From an uncultured delta proteobacterium (GTDB taxonomy: Bacteria; Myxococcota; UBA727; VGSZ01): a stretch of 64,000 nt of DNA. The notes under the pieces were generated by a model. That model made no database searches and was not told the origin of the DNA. It saw nothing but the letters and a program-made list of their open reading frames with translations. Location: contig CAVZJB010000002.1 of assembly GCA_963775425.1 (NCBI GenBank), positions 95,824-159,823 on the forward strand, written 5' to 3'. Position numbers and translations under genes: made by a program. Positions 33,030 to 43,939 of the stretch are shown one piece after another (the first letter of the stretch is position 1; each line of letters opens with the position of its first letter).

Positions 33030-33673
33030 TCAGGCGCCCGCGATCTGTTGCGTGTGCGCGATGAACGGCCAGCGCTCCTCGACGCGGTCGAGCATGAACG
33101 TGGCGACGTCGGCGCGGGTGATCTTGGCGCTGCCGCTGAAGCGGTCGACCTTGGCGACGTTGCCTGTGGCGCGGCCGTCGACGAGGAGCACCGGCCGCAC
33201 GCAGAACCAATCGAGCCCCGACGCGGCGAACACCTGCTCCATCGCGTCGAGGTCTTTGTAGGCGACGCCAATCTTCGACGTCAGCAGCAGGAAGCGCATC
33301 GCGAGGTTCACCCCGGCGGCGCTGTCGCCGACGCCGGCGGCGCTCACCGCCACCACGCGCTTGATCTCGCACTCGCGCATCGCGGAGACGACGCTGTGCG
33401 CCATGCTCTCGCACACCCGCGGCGACGAGCGGAGCTTGGCCCACGGGCTCGGGCCCACGCGGCGGTTGCCGACGCAGGTGATGACGGCGTCGTGGCCGGG
33501 GAGCTTCTCGAACGCGCCGGTGGTGGACACCTCGCGGCGCACCACCTGCACGCGCTCCGGCACGCTCAGGCGCGACGAGCCGCGCACGTGGGCCGTGACC
33601 TCGTGCCCCCGCTTGAGCGCCTGCTCGACGAGCTGCTTGCCGACGCCGCCGCTCGCGCCGAGGACGTACAGCT

Positions 33674-33677
<4 letters not shown>
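33030..33677 (-). CDS. NAD(P)H-binding oxidoreductase (flavin/biliverdin reductase B-like)
   Basis: MKLYVLGASGGVGKQLVEQALKRGHEVTA, SGLDWFCVRP and ITRADVATFML. Confidence 0.9.
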
Positions 33678-34672
<995 letters not shown>

Positions 34673-34861
34673 GACGCCTCCCGTCGATGCGCACGATACA
34701 CCCGGTCATCGGGGGCGCACGCGCCCGGGCGCGCCGCACGACGCGGCGGTCTCCTCCGTGAAGTCACACCGTCGCTGCGCGGGCCGACGCAGGGCGCGTG
34801 CGCGCAGTTGGCGTCCTTGCGACGTCGTCGTTGGGCATGAGCGCTGCAGCGTTGTCGCGCG

Positions 34862-35308
34862 ATGATTTCCCTTCCCTCCATCCGTCCGCGCGTCGACGCC
34901 AGTCCTCGCTTCATCGCTTTGGTGGTCGAGGACGAGCCCTCGGTGCGCGATCTGATCATCGAGGCCCTCGCTCACGTCGGGGTGCTCGGCCACGGCGTCG
35001 GCAGCGGCGAAGCCGCCGTGGCGTGGCTCGACGCCCACCGCGCCCCCGACCTCGTGAGCCTCGACCTGGTCCTGCCTTGGATGGGCGGCTTGCGGGTGTG
35101 TGAGCACCTGCGGGGCCATGTGCGGACGGCCCACGTGCCGATCGTGGTGCTGACGGGTCGCACCGAGATGCAGGACGAGGCGGCGGCGCTGGAGGCCGGC
35201 GCGGACGCGTTCGTCGAGAAGCCGTTCAAGATCCGCGACTACCTCGAGCAGGTCCGCTGTTTGCTTCCCCCGGGGCCGGCGCTCGAGGTGCCGGCCGCGC
35301 CGATCTGA
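34862..35308 (+). CDS. Single-domain response regulator
   Basis: LVVEDE, PDLVSLDLVLPWMGG, VVLTG and GADAFVEKPF. Confidence 0.92.
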   Translation: MISLPSIRPRVDASPRFIALVVEDEPSVRDLIIEALAHVGVLGHGVGSGEAAVAWLDAHRAPDLVSLDLVLPWMGGLRVCEHLRGHVRTAHVPIVVLTGRTEMQDEAAALEAGADAFVEKPFKIRDYLEQVRCLLPPGPALEVPAAPI

Positions 35309-35349
35309 CGGCGGGGCGGATCGTTACACCCGCGAGGCAGGAGGCCGCC

Positions 35350-35544
35350 ATGGACGACCAGACCTTCGAGGAAGAGCCGGTGATCGACCCCGTCTGCGGC
35401 ATGGAGGTGGTCGAGCCCGACGCCGCCCTCGCCGTCACCTACGAGGGCGAGACCGTGGTCTTTTGCAGCGAAACGTGTCGGGAGAAGTTCCTGCGCGATC
35501 CCGCCCGCTACGCCGGATCTTCGTCGATTATCCACGGCGGGTGA
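35350..35544 (+). CDS. YHS domain protein
   Basis: DPVCGMEV...YEGETVVFCSETCREKFLRDPARY, with an AGGAGG RBS. Confidence 0.9.
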   Translation: MDDQTFEEEPVIDPVCGMEVVEPDAALAVTYEGETVVFCSETCREKFLRDPARYAGSSSIIHGG

Positions 35545-35589
35545 CGCCTCCCCCTTCGCGACCGACGCACGGCCGGCTACAGAACGGGG

Positions 35590-38046
35590 GTGCGCTCTGC
35601 TGCCACGCTCCTGCTCGGCCGCGTCGATCCCCTCGCCGTGCTCGAAGCCATGGCCACCGATCTGGTGGCGCGCGGCGCGCTGTCGCCCGAGAAGGTGGAC
35701 GCGGCGCGCGAGGCGGTGAAGCAGGGGCGGCTGCCGTCGACCGCGCTCCTCGCCGCGGGCGCCGCGCCCGACCTGGTGCTGCGCGCGTTGTCGTCGGTGG
35801 CGAGCGTGCCGGTGGCGCCGCCGCGGGCGCACTGGATCATCGACGTGCGCGCGGAGATCGGCGTCGACGAGGCCACGTGGCGTGAGCTGCTGGCGTGCGC
35901 GGTGGGCATGTTCGACGGGCGCCCGCTGGTGGCCTTCGCCGACGTCGCCAAGATCGCCTCGAGCGCCGCGCTCGGCCTCCCCGATCACGCGCCCTGCGTC
36001 GCGCTCGAGCACGACGTGCGCGACGCGCTGTCCATCGCGCCGACGCCGTCGCGCGCGGCGGTGGCGTTCTTGGCGCCGCCGGAGGCGGTGTCGCAGGCGC
36101 TGCCGTCGGCGGGGTCGCCGTTCGGCCCGCTGACCCACCAGCCGCAGCCCGTGGCGGCGCGGCCGACGCGCCCGCCCGTCATGGACCGCACGCTGCTCGG
36201 CACCGGCGCCGTGGACAAGACGCTCCTCGGCACCGGCGCGGTCTCGCAGGCGTCGCTCGGGATGGAGCCGTCATCGTCACCGATGGCGGCGGTGCCCACG
36301 CCGGCGCAAGGGCCGACGGGCACGGTGCTCGGGCGCGGCGTGCACGCGCCGCCGTCGTCGCCGTCGTCGTCGTCGTCGCCGCCGTCGGGCCCGTCGTCGT
36401 CGCCGCCGCTGCAGGCGTCGGCGCCCGCGCCGGCGCTGGGGCCGTCGGGGACGGTGCTCGGCGCGTCGGCGCGGATGCCGATGCCCTCGGAGCTGCAGCC
36501 GGCGCAGCCGGACGCGTTCGCGGCGCCCGCGTCGGGCGTGGGGCCGGGCACGGCGTGCGGGCGGTTCGTCCTCGACAAGCTGCTCGGGCAGGGCGGCATG
36601 GCCACGGTGTATCTGGCGTCCGACGGGCGCGCGCCGGCGGCGGTGAAGGTGGTGCATGAGCACCTGCTGCGCTCGGGGCAGGGCGACGAGCTCAGGCGTC
36701 GCTTCCAGCGCGAAGCCGCGGCCATGAAGAAGCTCGAGCACAAAAACATCGTCGCGTGTCTCGACGCGGGCCGCGTCGGTGACACCGAGTACCTCGCCAC
36801 CGAGTACGTGGCGGGCGGCAGCTTGAGCTCCTTGTTGTTGAAGACGGGGAAGCTGCCGCCGTCGCTGGCGCTGTCTTTCTTCGTGGACCTCCTCGAGGGC
36901 CTCGGGCACGCGCACGAAAACGGCATCGTCCACCGCGACTTGAAGCCGGACAACCTGCTGCTCGATCCCGGTGGCACGCTCAAGATCGCCGACTTCGGCA
37001 TCGCGCGCGTGCAGGAGGGGACGCAGATCACGGCGACGGGGCGGACGGTGGGAACGCCCGCGTACATGAGCCCGGAGCAGGCCACCGGCAGCGCCCTCGA
37101 CGGCCGCAGCGACCTCTACTCCGCCGGCGTCATCCTCTACGAGCTGTTGACGGGGAGAAACCCGTTCGAGGGCGACTCGGTGGGGGCCACGCTCGCCAAC
37201 GTGATGACGGGCAAGGTGCGCCCCATCGGCGAGGTGGAGCCGGCGGTGCCGTTCCTCGTCGACGTCGTCATCGCGCGCTTGTTGCCCTATCGCCCCGACG
37301 ATCGCCTGTCGACGGCCCAGGTGGTGCTGGACGCGCTCGCGCCGCTGTTGCCGCGGGCGCGGCGCTTCGAGCCGTACCGCGCGCCGGTGATCGCGCGGCG
37401 CGCGGGCGCCGTCGAGGAGGCGATGCAGCAGGAGTGCGCCCTGTTGGTCGACGTCGCCAAGGCGGAGCAGAAGGCAGGAGAGCGGCTGCGCGCGGGGCTG
37501 GCGGCGTTTCGCGCGACGACGTTGCTGCCCGACCACAAAGACGCCAAGGCGGTGCTCGCGGCGCTCAACAGAGGGGGCGCGTTGCGCTTCTCGCGCTCGA
37601 CGACGCAGGCCATCTTCGCGCGCGAGTCCACCGTGGAGTCCCTCGAGGGCGCGGACAAGGCGCAGGCGCACCGGGAGATCGCCGCGGGCTACCTCGCCGA
37701 GGACAACCCCGCGCTCGCCGCGGTGCACCTGCGCCGCTGCGTGGCCCAGTTCGGCAACGACGAAGCGGCCCTCGAGACGCTCGCGCGCGTGCTGCCCGCC
37801 GACGAGGTGGAGGCCGTGCGCGGCATGCCGGCGCGCCTCGGGGAGATGCCGGCGTCGGAGAAGGCCACGGTGGCGTCGCGCGCCTGGCGGCCGCCATCGG
37901 CGCCGACCGCAGCCGTCGCCTCATCGGCGCAACCGGCCGAGCGCCGGGGCATCCCCGTGGCCGCCCTCGTCGGCGTCGGCGCCGTCGCCCTCGTGGCCCT
38001 CATCGCGCTCGCCTTCGCGCTCGGCGCGCTCCTCGGCCACAAGTGA
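35590..38046 (+). CDS. Hanks-type Ser/Thr protein kinase with degenerate T2SSE_N-like N-terminus and C-terminal TM
   Basis: LGQGGMATVY, AVKV, HRDLKPDN, DFG, GTPAYMSPEQ and DLYSAG. Pro/Ser linker, TPR-like helices and a terminal hydrophobic helix. Confidence 0.93.
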   Translation: MRSAATLLLGRVDPLAVLEAMATDLVARGALSPEKVDAAREAVKQGRLPSTALLAAGAAPDLVLRALSSVASVPVAPPRAHWIIDVRAEIGVDEATWRELLACAVGMFDGRPLVAFADVAKIASSAALGLPDHAPCVALEHDVRDALSIAPTPSRAAVAFLAPPEAVSQALPSAGSPFGPLTHQPQPVAARPTRPPVMDRTLLGTGAVDKTLLGTGAVSQASLGMEPSSSPMAAVPTPAQGPTGTVLGRGVHAPPSSPSSSSSPPSGPSSSPPLQASAPAPALGPSGTVLGASARMPMPSELQPAQPDAFAAPASGVGPGTACGRFVLDKLLGQGGMATVYLASDGRAPAAVKVVHEHLLRSGQGDELRRRFQREAAAMKKLEHKNIVACLDAGRVGDTEYLATEYVAGGSLSSLLLKTGKLPPSLALSFFVDLLEGLGHAHENGIVHRDLKPDNLLLDPGGTLKIADFGIARVQEGTQITATGRTVGTPAYMSPEQATGSALDGRSDLYSAGVILYELLTGRNPFEGDSVGATLANVMTGKVRPIGEVEPAVPFLVDVVIARLLPYRPDDRLSTAQVVLDALAPLLPRARRFEPYRAPVIARRAGAVEEAMQQECALLVDVAKAEQKAGERLRAGLAAFRATTLLPDHKDAKAVLAALNRGGALRFSRSTTQAIFARESTVESLEGADKAQAHREIAAGYLAEDNPALAAVHLRRCVAQFGNDEAALETLARVLPADEVEAVRGMPARLGEMPASEKATVASRAWRPPSAPTAAVASSAQPAERRGIPVAALVGVGAVALVALIALAFALGALLGHK

Positions 38047-38134
38047 TGACGACCTCCGTGCCGGCTTCGAGGGGGCGGGCCGTCGTCGTCGTTTGTGTCG
38101 GAGCCGGCGCCGCGCGGGCGTCGCGGGGGGGCGC

Positions 38135-40441
38135 GTGACCCTCGCCGTCGAACGGATGCTGTGGCGGCTCGACGCGTACGACCAGATCTGCGCGGCGTGC
38201 AAGCAAAACGGCGTCGCGCCGCTGCGGTTCCTCTCGTTTCGCCCGGAGAAGCTGCGCATCCGCATCGGCGAGTCGCTGATGCGCTCGCAGGTGCCCATCA
38301 TCTTCGCGCCCGACCTCGCCGACAGGCTCGGCGCGCTCCTGCCCAAAGCGGCCGTCCCGCTGTCGACGGGGGCGCCGTCGCCCGACCGCGACACGCTCCG
38401 CCGCTGGCTCGCGCTCGCGCAGATCGACGGCGACCTCGACGCCTACGACGTCGCCTCCTACGCCGCCGCCGACGACTTCCTGAACACCTTCGCCGCGATG
38501 TACGGCCGCTTCTTCGACGAGGCCAGGGGCGCCGGCAGCGGCGAGGAGACCGCCGCGTTCTTTCAGCTCGTCGCCTCTTCGTCGCTGCGAAACACGCTCC
38601 TTCATCGCATCGGCGCCAGCGAGCGCTTCTTCGGACTCGCCGCCCTCCTCGGGCACCTCTCCGATCGCGCCTTGTCCGCCACCGTCGACAAGGAGGGCGA
38701 GGGCCTCTCTGCGCGCCTCGGCCTCCTCCTCGCCGCCGCCAACTCGCCGCTGTCGTTGATGGGCTCGGCGATGGCCGTCGCCTCCCGGCCGGGCAACACC
38801 TACCGCACCATCCCGAGCGCCTATACGCGCGCCAAGGAAGCGCTGCGCACGCAGCTCGATCGCCCCGGCGCCCTCGACGTCCAGGCCCTGCGCGCCCGCC
38901 TCGCCGCCGAGCTCCTCGCGAGCCCGGACCGGCGCCGCGACCTCGTGCGCGCCATGCTCGCCGACGCCGTCCGCGACCTCGCGCTCCTGTCCACCTTCAC
39001 GCAGGGCAGCGAGCTGCGGGAGCTCGCCGGCAAGAGCGCCGTCCTCGCCGACGCGCTCTTCACGCCGCTCGGCCCCGAGAAGCTCAGGCGGCAGATCGAG
39101 CGGCACCCGCGCCGCGGCGAGGAGCCGCTCGGGCGCCTGCTCGTCCTCATCGACAGCGTCGGCGCCGTCCTCGCAGGCGACCTCGATCTCCTCAAGCGCA
39201 TCGGCTCCGTCGAGGAGCGCGCGAGCCTCGCCGCCGCCGGCGGCATCGTGCTCGCCCTCGACGAGACAGCGCTCGATCAGGGGCAGCAGGCGCTCGCCAT
39301 GGTGCGCCCCGTCCCGCCCGCCGAAGCGCGCAAGGCGCGCGACGACGGCCGCGCCTATTGGTTCGGCCTCGACGACGAGCCGCTCTTCCTGTTGCCCCGG
39401 CGCCGCGAGGAGGCGTTCCTCTTCGCGGACATGAAGGACTTCACCAAGCGCACCGCCGCCATCCACGAGGAGGCGATGGGCGACTTCTTGAAGCGCCTCT
39501 TCTACGAGCCCATCTTGAAGACGTGCGCGCACCTGATGCGGAACCCGGGCGCCCACGTCTCCGTCGTCAACCTGCTCGGCGACGCCGTCGCCGCGCGCGG
39601 CGACATCGGGTCCATGGTCGCGCTCGCGGTCTACGTGCGCCGGCTCCTCGAGGACGCCGCGGACGAGCTCGCGCAGGCGGCCAAGGCGGCCACCGCCGGC
39701 GTCGACCACGAGCTCGCGGAGATCACGCTCGAGCTGTCGCGCGTGGAGCAGGCGCTCGCCGCGCTCCCCGGGCACGGCACCGAGCGGCTGTGGCTCGAGA
39801 CGCAGCACAAGGAGCTCGAGGAGGGGCGCGCGCAGCGCCTCGCCAAGACCATCGGCTCCGGCCTCGAGGCCGGGGTGTTCATCGCGTGGGGCCCCGAGGC
39901 CAAGGTCATCGAGGTCGGCGGCGTCGACGTCGGCATGTGGCGCGTGGTCATCGCCGAGGCGCTCAACGCCGCCGCGCGCGGCACCAACCGCAGCGCGGCG
40001 CTCCAGGCCGAGCGCAACGGCGCGCGCGAGGCCGACGAGAAGGCCGCGGGGCGCCCGCTCGCCAATCCGTTCCGCGTACACACGTCGCCGGACCCGAACG
40101 ACGTCTCGTCGACGGGCGGCTTCCACAACGCCGGCGCCGCCTTGAGCGGCACCGCGCTCGCCGCCTTCCGCGACGCCGCGCGCGACCTGCACTTCCGGCC
40201 GCTCTCCATCCCGCGCGCGTCTTTGCCCCCGCGCCTGCAGAGGTACTGGATCACGCGCCCCGTCGAGGAGCTCGTGCTGTGCAGCGACGCCGCCAACCAT
40301 CCCGTCTTGCTGTTCAGGAAGAGCGGGCGAACCATTTTCAGGGGACTCGAGGTCGCAGGTGGAATTGACGTATGGGAAATCGTCCTCGTCGATCGAGGGT
40401 TCGGCAGGGACCTCGTCGACGCCATCGCCGAAGCCCGGTGA
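38135..40441 (+). CDS. Class III nucleotide cyclase-like protein (atypical)
   Basis: FLFADMKDFT (metal Asp1), NLLGDAV (Asp2), GVFIAWG and ALNAAAR (NxxxR). A coiled-coil insertion splits the domain. Confidence 0.7.
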   Translation: MTLAVERMLWRLDAYDQICAACKQNGVAPLRFLSFRPEKLRIRIGESLMRSQVPIIFAPDLADRLGALLPKAAVPLSTGAPSPDRDTLRRWLALAQIDGDLDAYDVASYAAADDFLNTFAAMYGRFFDEARGAGSGEETAAFFQLVASSSLRNTLLHRIGASERFFGLAALLGHLSDRALSATVDKEGEGLSARLGLLLAAANSPLSLMGSAMAVASRPGNTYRTIPSAYTRAKEALRTQLDRPGALDVQALRARLAAELLASPDRRRDLVRAMLADAVRDLALLSTFTQGSELRELAGKSAVLADALFTPLGPEKLRRQIERHPRRGEEPLGRLLVLIDSVGAVLAGDLDLLKRIGSVEERASLAAAGGIVLALDETALDQGQQALAMVRPVPPAEARKARDDGRAYWFGLDDEPLFLLPRRREEAFLFADMKDFTKRTAAIHEEAMGDFLKRLFYEPILKTCAHLMRNPGAHVSVVNLLGDAVAARGDIGSMVALAVYVRRLLEDAADELAQAAKAATAGVDHELAEITLELSRVEQALAALPGHGTERLWLETQHKELEEGRAQRLAKTIGSGLEAGVFIAWGPEAKVIEVGGVDVGMWRVVIAEALNAAARGTNRSAALQAERNGAREADEKAAGRPLANPFRVHTSPDPNDVSSTGGFHNAGAALSGTALAAFRDAARDLHFRPLSIPRASLPPRLQRYWITRPVEELVLCSDAANHPVLLFRKSGRTIFRGLEVAGGIDVWEIVLVDRGFGRDLVDAIAEAR

Positions 40442-42602
40442 CGTCCTGCGCGTGCTCGCGTCGGACGTCGCCGCCGCCCTCGGCCGCTGCCAGCGCGGCG
40501 CCGCGTTCTACGAGGCCGACCACCCGGCGGCCGTGCACCAGCGCCGCGAGCTGGAGCTGGCGGTGCAGGCGTGGCACGCGCAGGCGCGGGGCGACACCTT
40601 CATCGCCGCCGCCGGCGACGGGCTGTTGTTGACAGGCCTCGACCAGGGCATCGCCGACGAGTCCTGCAAGGCCCTGGCCCACGCGCTCATCACCCGGAGC
40701 GTCGTCGGCATCAAGCTCAAGGTGCCCACCACGCGCCACGACCTCGACGAGCTGGTGGCGTGCCTCGGCGAGTCCGACAAGCGCGTCCGCGCCGCCGGCG
40801 GCGTCACCAAGGTGCTCGCCGAGCGGAACGTGAAGTCCGTCGAGATCTTCGAGATGGACCTCGACAAGCTCATGGCCGGCGGCCCCGTCGACAACACCGG
40901 GCTCGATCCCCTGCTGGCCAAGGCGCTCAGCGAGATCCTGCTCCTCAAGCAGCGCGACAACCGCCGCGGCGCCGCCATCGAGCTCACGCTCGAGAAGGTG
41001 ACGTCGCCGTCATCGCTCGGCTCGCTGCTCGACGAGCTCATCGACGGCGCCGCCCCCGGCGTGGCCGATCAGCCACCGATCAAGTCGCGCGCGCAGACGG
41101 CGCTGTCGAAGACCAGCCTCGTGGGCGCGACCGCCGATGACCTCGCCGAGATCTGCACGGAGGCGTTCGGCAAGGTCACGGGCGGCGAGAACAAGAACCC
41201 CGAGGCGCTGGCGGAGGCCGCCAACGTGTTGTCGTCGGCGCTGGTGCGGCTGTCGCCCAAGGCGCGCTTCAAGCTCCTCGAGAAGCTCGCGGCGCCCGGC
41301 ACCGACGACGACGGCGTGGCCGCCGTGGGCCGCGCGGTGCCGAACGAGATCGTGCTGTCTGCGGTGGCGCAGGCGGTGATGGGCGAGGCGCGGGACAGCC
41401 AGCTCGCCATCTCCATCGGCAACCTCCTCGAGCGCCTGCGCCCGGTGGAGCGCGAACGCCAGCAGCTCCTCGACCAGCTCGACGACAGCGCGCGCCAGGC
41501 GGGCCGCCCGCTCGAGGGGCTGTTCCTGCAGGAGCTCAACGAGCTGTCGCAGCAGCAGAGCTTCGGCACGCTGGACCTGCCCATCCGCGAGACGCGCGAC
41601 GGGCTCACGCAGATCGCCAAGCTGCGCCAGACCACTGGCGGGCAGCCGGAGATCGTGATGCGCACGTTTTCGACGCTGCGCCCGGAGAACAAGTTCTTCC
41701 GCTCGGCGCGCCTGTTGTGCGGGATGTTGCAGCAGGAGCGCGCGGTGGCGGCGCCGACGCTGGCGGCGGTGCGCGGCTTGTTGGACGCCGTCGCCGTGGA
41801 CCCGTCGCTGCAGAGCGCGGGCGGCGCCATCATCCTCGCGTTGTGGAGCCGCGCCATCCGCGACGGGCCCAACAGCGCGGCGGCGCAGCAGCTCATGGAG
41901 GTCGCGCTGTCGAGGAGCGGGCCCGATTGGTGCGTCGAATTGCTCCGCCAGTTGCGCGGCAAGAGCGGCGCCGACCACGCGACGCTCCTCGGCGACTTCG
42001 TCAAGGCGGTGCTCTCCATCCACACGGGCGAGACGTTTCGCCGCGCGCTCGCCGATGGGCTCCAGGGCCTCGACCGCTCGGTGCTGCGCGTCATCGAGCG
42101 CCGCGTCGCCGAGTTTTCGCCGCTCGGCGCGGCCACGCTCATCGCGCGCGCGGGGCGCGACTCGCCGGTGGCGGCGGTGGCGCTGACGCAGGCGGCGCTG
42201 CGCTCGCCCTCCGCCGACGTGAAGGAGGCGGCGGTGCGCGTGCTCGCCGCGTTCCCGGCGGAGGACACGTTCGCCTTCCTGCGCCGCCTCACCGGGCTCG
42301 ACGGCGACGACAAGGCGGTGCAGGCGCTGCACGCGCAGAAGTTGCCGGAGACCCTCGTGCTCAAGCTGATGCGCACCGCCGTCGACGCGCTGGGCGCCTC
42401 GCGCGCGCCGGGCGCGGTGCCGGTGCTCCAGGAGCTGTTGTTGCGCACGCGCGTCATCGGCGGCGCCGGCTTCGACAAGATGCGCGGCCCCGTGGCGCGC
42501 GCGCTCTCCGTCAACAGCACCCCCGCCGCGCGCGCCGTCCTCGACGAGGGCAAGCGCTCCAAGAACCGGGCGATCCGCCTCGCCTGCGGAGGTCACAGTT
42601 GA
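40359..42602 (+). CDS. HEAT-repeat-like protein
   Basis: C-terminal HEAT-like units (LRSPSADVKEAAVRVLA, AVDALGASRAPGAVPVL) and an N-terminal FYEADHP domain. The start is uncertain (40359 or later). Confidence 0.7.
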   Translation: MELTYGKSSSSIEGSAGTSSTPSPKPGDVLRVLASDVAAALGRCQRGAAFYEADHPAAVHQRRELELAVQAWHAQARGDTFIAAAGDGLLLTGLDQGIADESCKALAHALITRSVVGIKLKVPTTRHDLDELVACLGESDKRVRAAGGVTKVLAERNVKSVEIFEMDLDKLMAGGPVDNTGLDPLLAKALSEILLLKQRDNRRGAAIELTLEKVTSPSSLGSLLDELIDGAAPGVADQPPIKSRAQTALSKTSLVGATADDLAEICTEAFGKVTGGENKNPEALAEAANVLSSALVRLSPKARFKLLEKLAAPGTDDDGVAAVGRAVPNEIVLSAVAQAVMGEARDSQLAISIGNLLERLRPVERERQQLLDQLDDSARQAGRPLEGLFLQELNELSQQQSFGTLDLPIRETRDGLTQIAKLRQTTGGQPEIVMRTFSTLRPENKFFRSARLLCGMLQQERAVAAPTLAAVRGLLDAVAVDPSLQSAGGAIILALWSRAIRDGPNSAAAQQLMEVALSRSGPDWCVELLRQLRGKSGADHATLLGDFVKAVLSIHTGETFRRALADGLQGLDRSVLRVIERRVAEFSPLGAATLIARAGRDSPVAAVALTQAALRSPSADVKEAAVRVLAAFPAEDTFAFLRRLTGLDGDDKAVQALHAQKLPETLVLKLMRTAVDALGASRAPGAVPVLQELLLRTRVIGGAGFDKMRGPVARALSVNSTPAARAVLDEGKRSKNRAIRLACGGHS

Positions 42603-43930
42603 GCGCCCTCACCGCCGACCAGGCGCGCGACCTCTCGTTTCGCCTCGCCGCCGCCTTCGCCGCCCGCCGCTTGTATGCGAGCGGCAACCCCGCGCTCCAA
42701 CGCACGCTGGAGTTGCTCTCCGCCAATCTCGCGCTCGCCTTCGCCGGCGGCGCCGAGGACGTGGGCGTGGCGCTCCTGTCGCAGGGCATGAGCGTCGCGG
42801 GCGTCCCGCTCTTGTCCCCCGTCGAGGGCGTGCAGAAGATGGCCGTGCACATGCGCCAACGCGGCATCGAGATCATCACCATCTCGAGGGGCGTGAGCCT
42901 CGCGGAGCTGGAGACGCTCTTTTCGCTGTTGAACGTGGACGCCGCGCAGCTCACCGCCGTCGACGTCAGCCAGTGGCTCAAGGACCGCGGCGCCGCCAAG
43001 GTGGGCGTGAAGCACCTCGAGCTCAAGGAGGGCAAGACCGTCCGCTCGATGCGCGAGCTGTACTCCACGGGCCGCGAGACCCTCGGCCGCGAGCTGTCGC
43101 GCTTGAAGGACAAGGGCACGCTGGAGGTCGGCGCCATCCAGGAGCTCGCGGGCACCATGCTCGACCTCGTGGTGCGCTCCGACGTCCCCATCACCACGCT
43201 GCTCGCGCTGCGCGGCCGTGACGACTACACGTTCCTCCACTCGATGAACGTGAGCCTGCTCGCGGGCGCGCAGGCCTCTACGCTGGGGCTCGACGAGGCC
43301 GCGGTGCGCGCCATCGGCCTCGCGGGGCTCGTGCACGACGTCGGCAAGACCATGGTGCCCGACGCCGTGGTGTTCAAGAGCGGCGCGCTGTCGGCGAGCG
43401 AAGCGGAGATGATGCGCAACCACCCGGGCGAGGGCGCGCGCATCCTGTTGCGCACGTCGGGCGGCACGGGGCTCGAGGCCATCGTGGCCAACGAGCACCA
43501 CATGGCCTACACGGAGGATCCGCACATCGCGAGCCAGCTCGTCGCCATCGCCGATGTGTTCGACAGCATCCGCAGCCTCCGCCCCTTCTCCGAGAGGACG
43601 CAGCTGCGCGCGGCGTTGCGCTTCATGCTCAAGCGCATGCGGCACCGCCTGAACCCGTATCTGCTGCAGCGCTTCTGCCTGATGTGCGGCATGTACATGC
43701 CCGGCGACGAGGTGCGGCTCACCACGGGCGAGCTGTGCCGGGTGGTGGCCAACAACGTCGAGCTCGGCAGCAAGCCCACCGTCGAGGTCGTCGACACCGC
43801 CGCCGGCCGCGCGCCGCCGGGCTCCGTCGCCGACCTCTCGCTGCCGCACCTGAGCGAGCTCGGCATCGTGCACGATCGCGTGCTCGCGTTCGACGACCTC
43901 ACGCCCGAGCTCGTCGACGCCGCCGGTTGA
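42599..43930 (+). CDS. HD-GYP-like metal-dependent phosphohydrolase lacking the GYP motif
   Basis: TTG overlaps the upstream stop. YTFLHSMNV, GLVHDVGK, KSGALS..E...MRNHP..GA.IL, EHH and IADVFDSIRSLRP. Confidence 0.85.
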   Translation: MSALTADQARDLSFRLAAAFAARRLYASGNPALQRTLELLSANLALAFAGGAEDVGVALLSQGMSVAGVPLLSPVEGVQKMAVHMRQRGIEIITISRGVSLAELETLFSLLNVDAAQLTAVDVSQWLKDRGAAKVGVKHLELKEGKTVRSMRELYSTGRETLGRELSRLKDKGTLEVGAIQELAGTMLDLVVRSDVPITTLLALRGRDDYTFLHSMNVSLLAGAQASTLGLDEAAVRAIGLAGLVHDVGKTMVPDAVVFKSGALSASEAEMMRNHPGEGARILLRTSGGTGLEAIVANEHHMAYTEDPHIASQLVAIADVFDSIRSLRPFSERTQLRAALRFMLKRMRHRLNPYLLQRFCLMCGMYMPGDEVRLTTGELCRVVANNVELGSKPTVEVVDTAAGRAPPGSVADLSLPHLSELGIVHDRVLAFDDLTPELVDAAG

Positions 43931-43939
43931 GCTCAAAGA

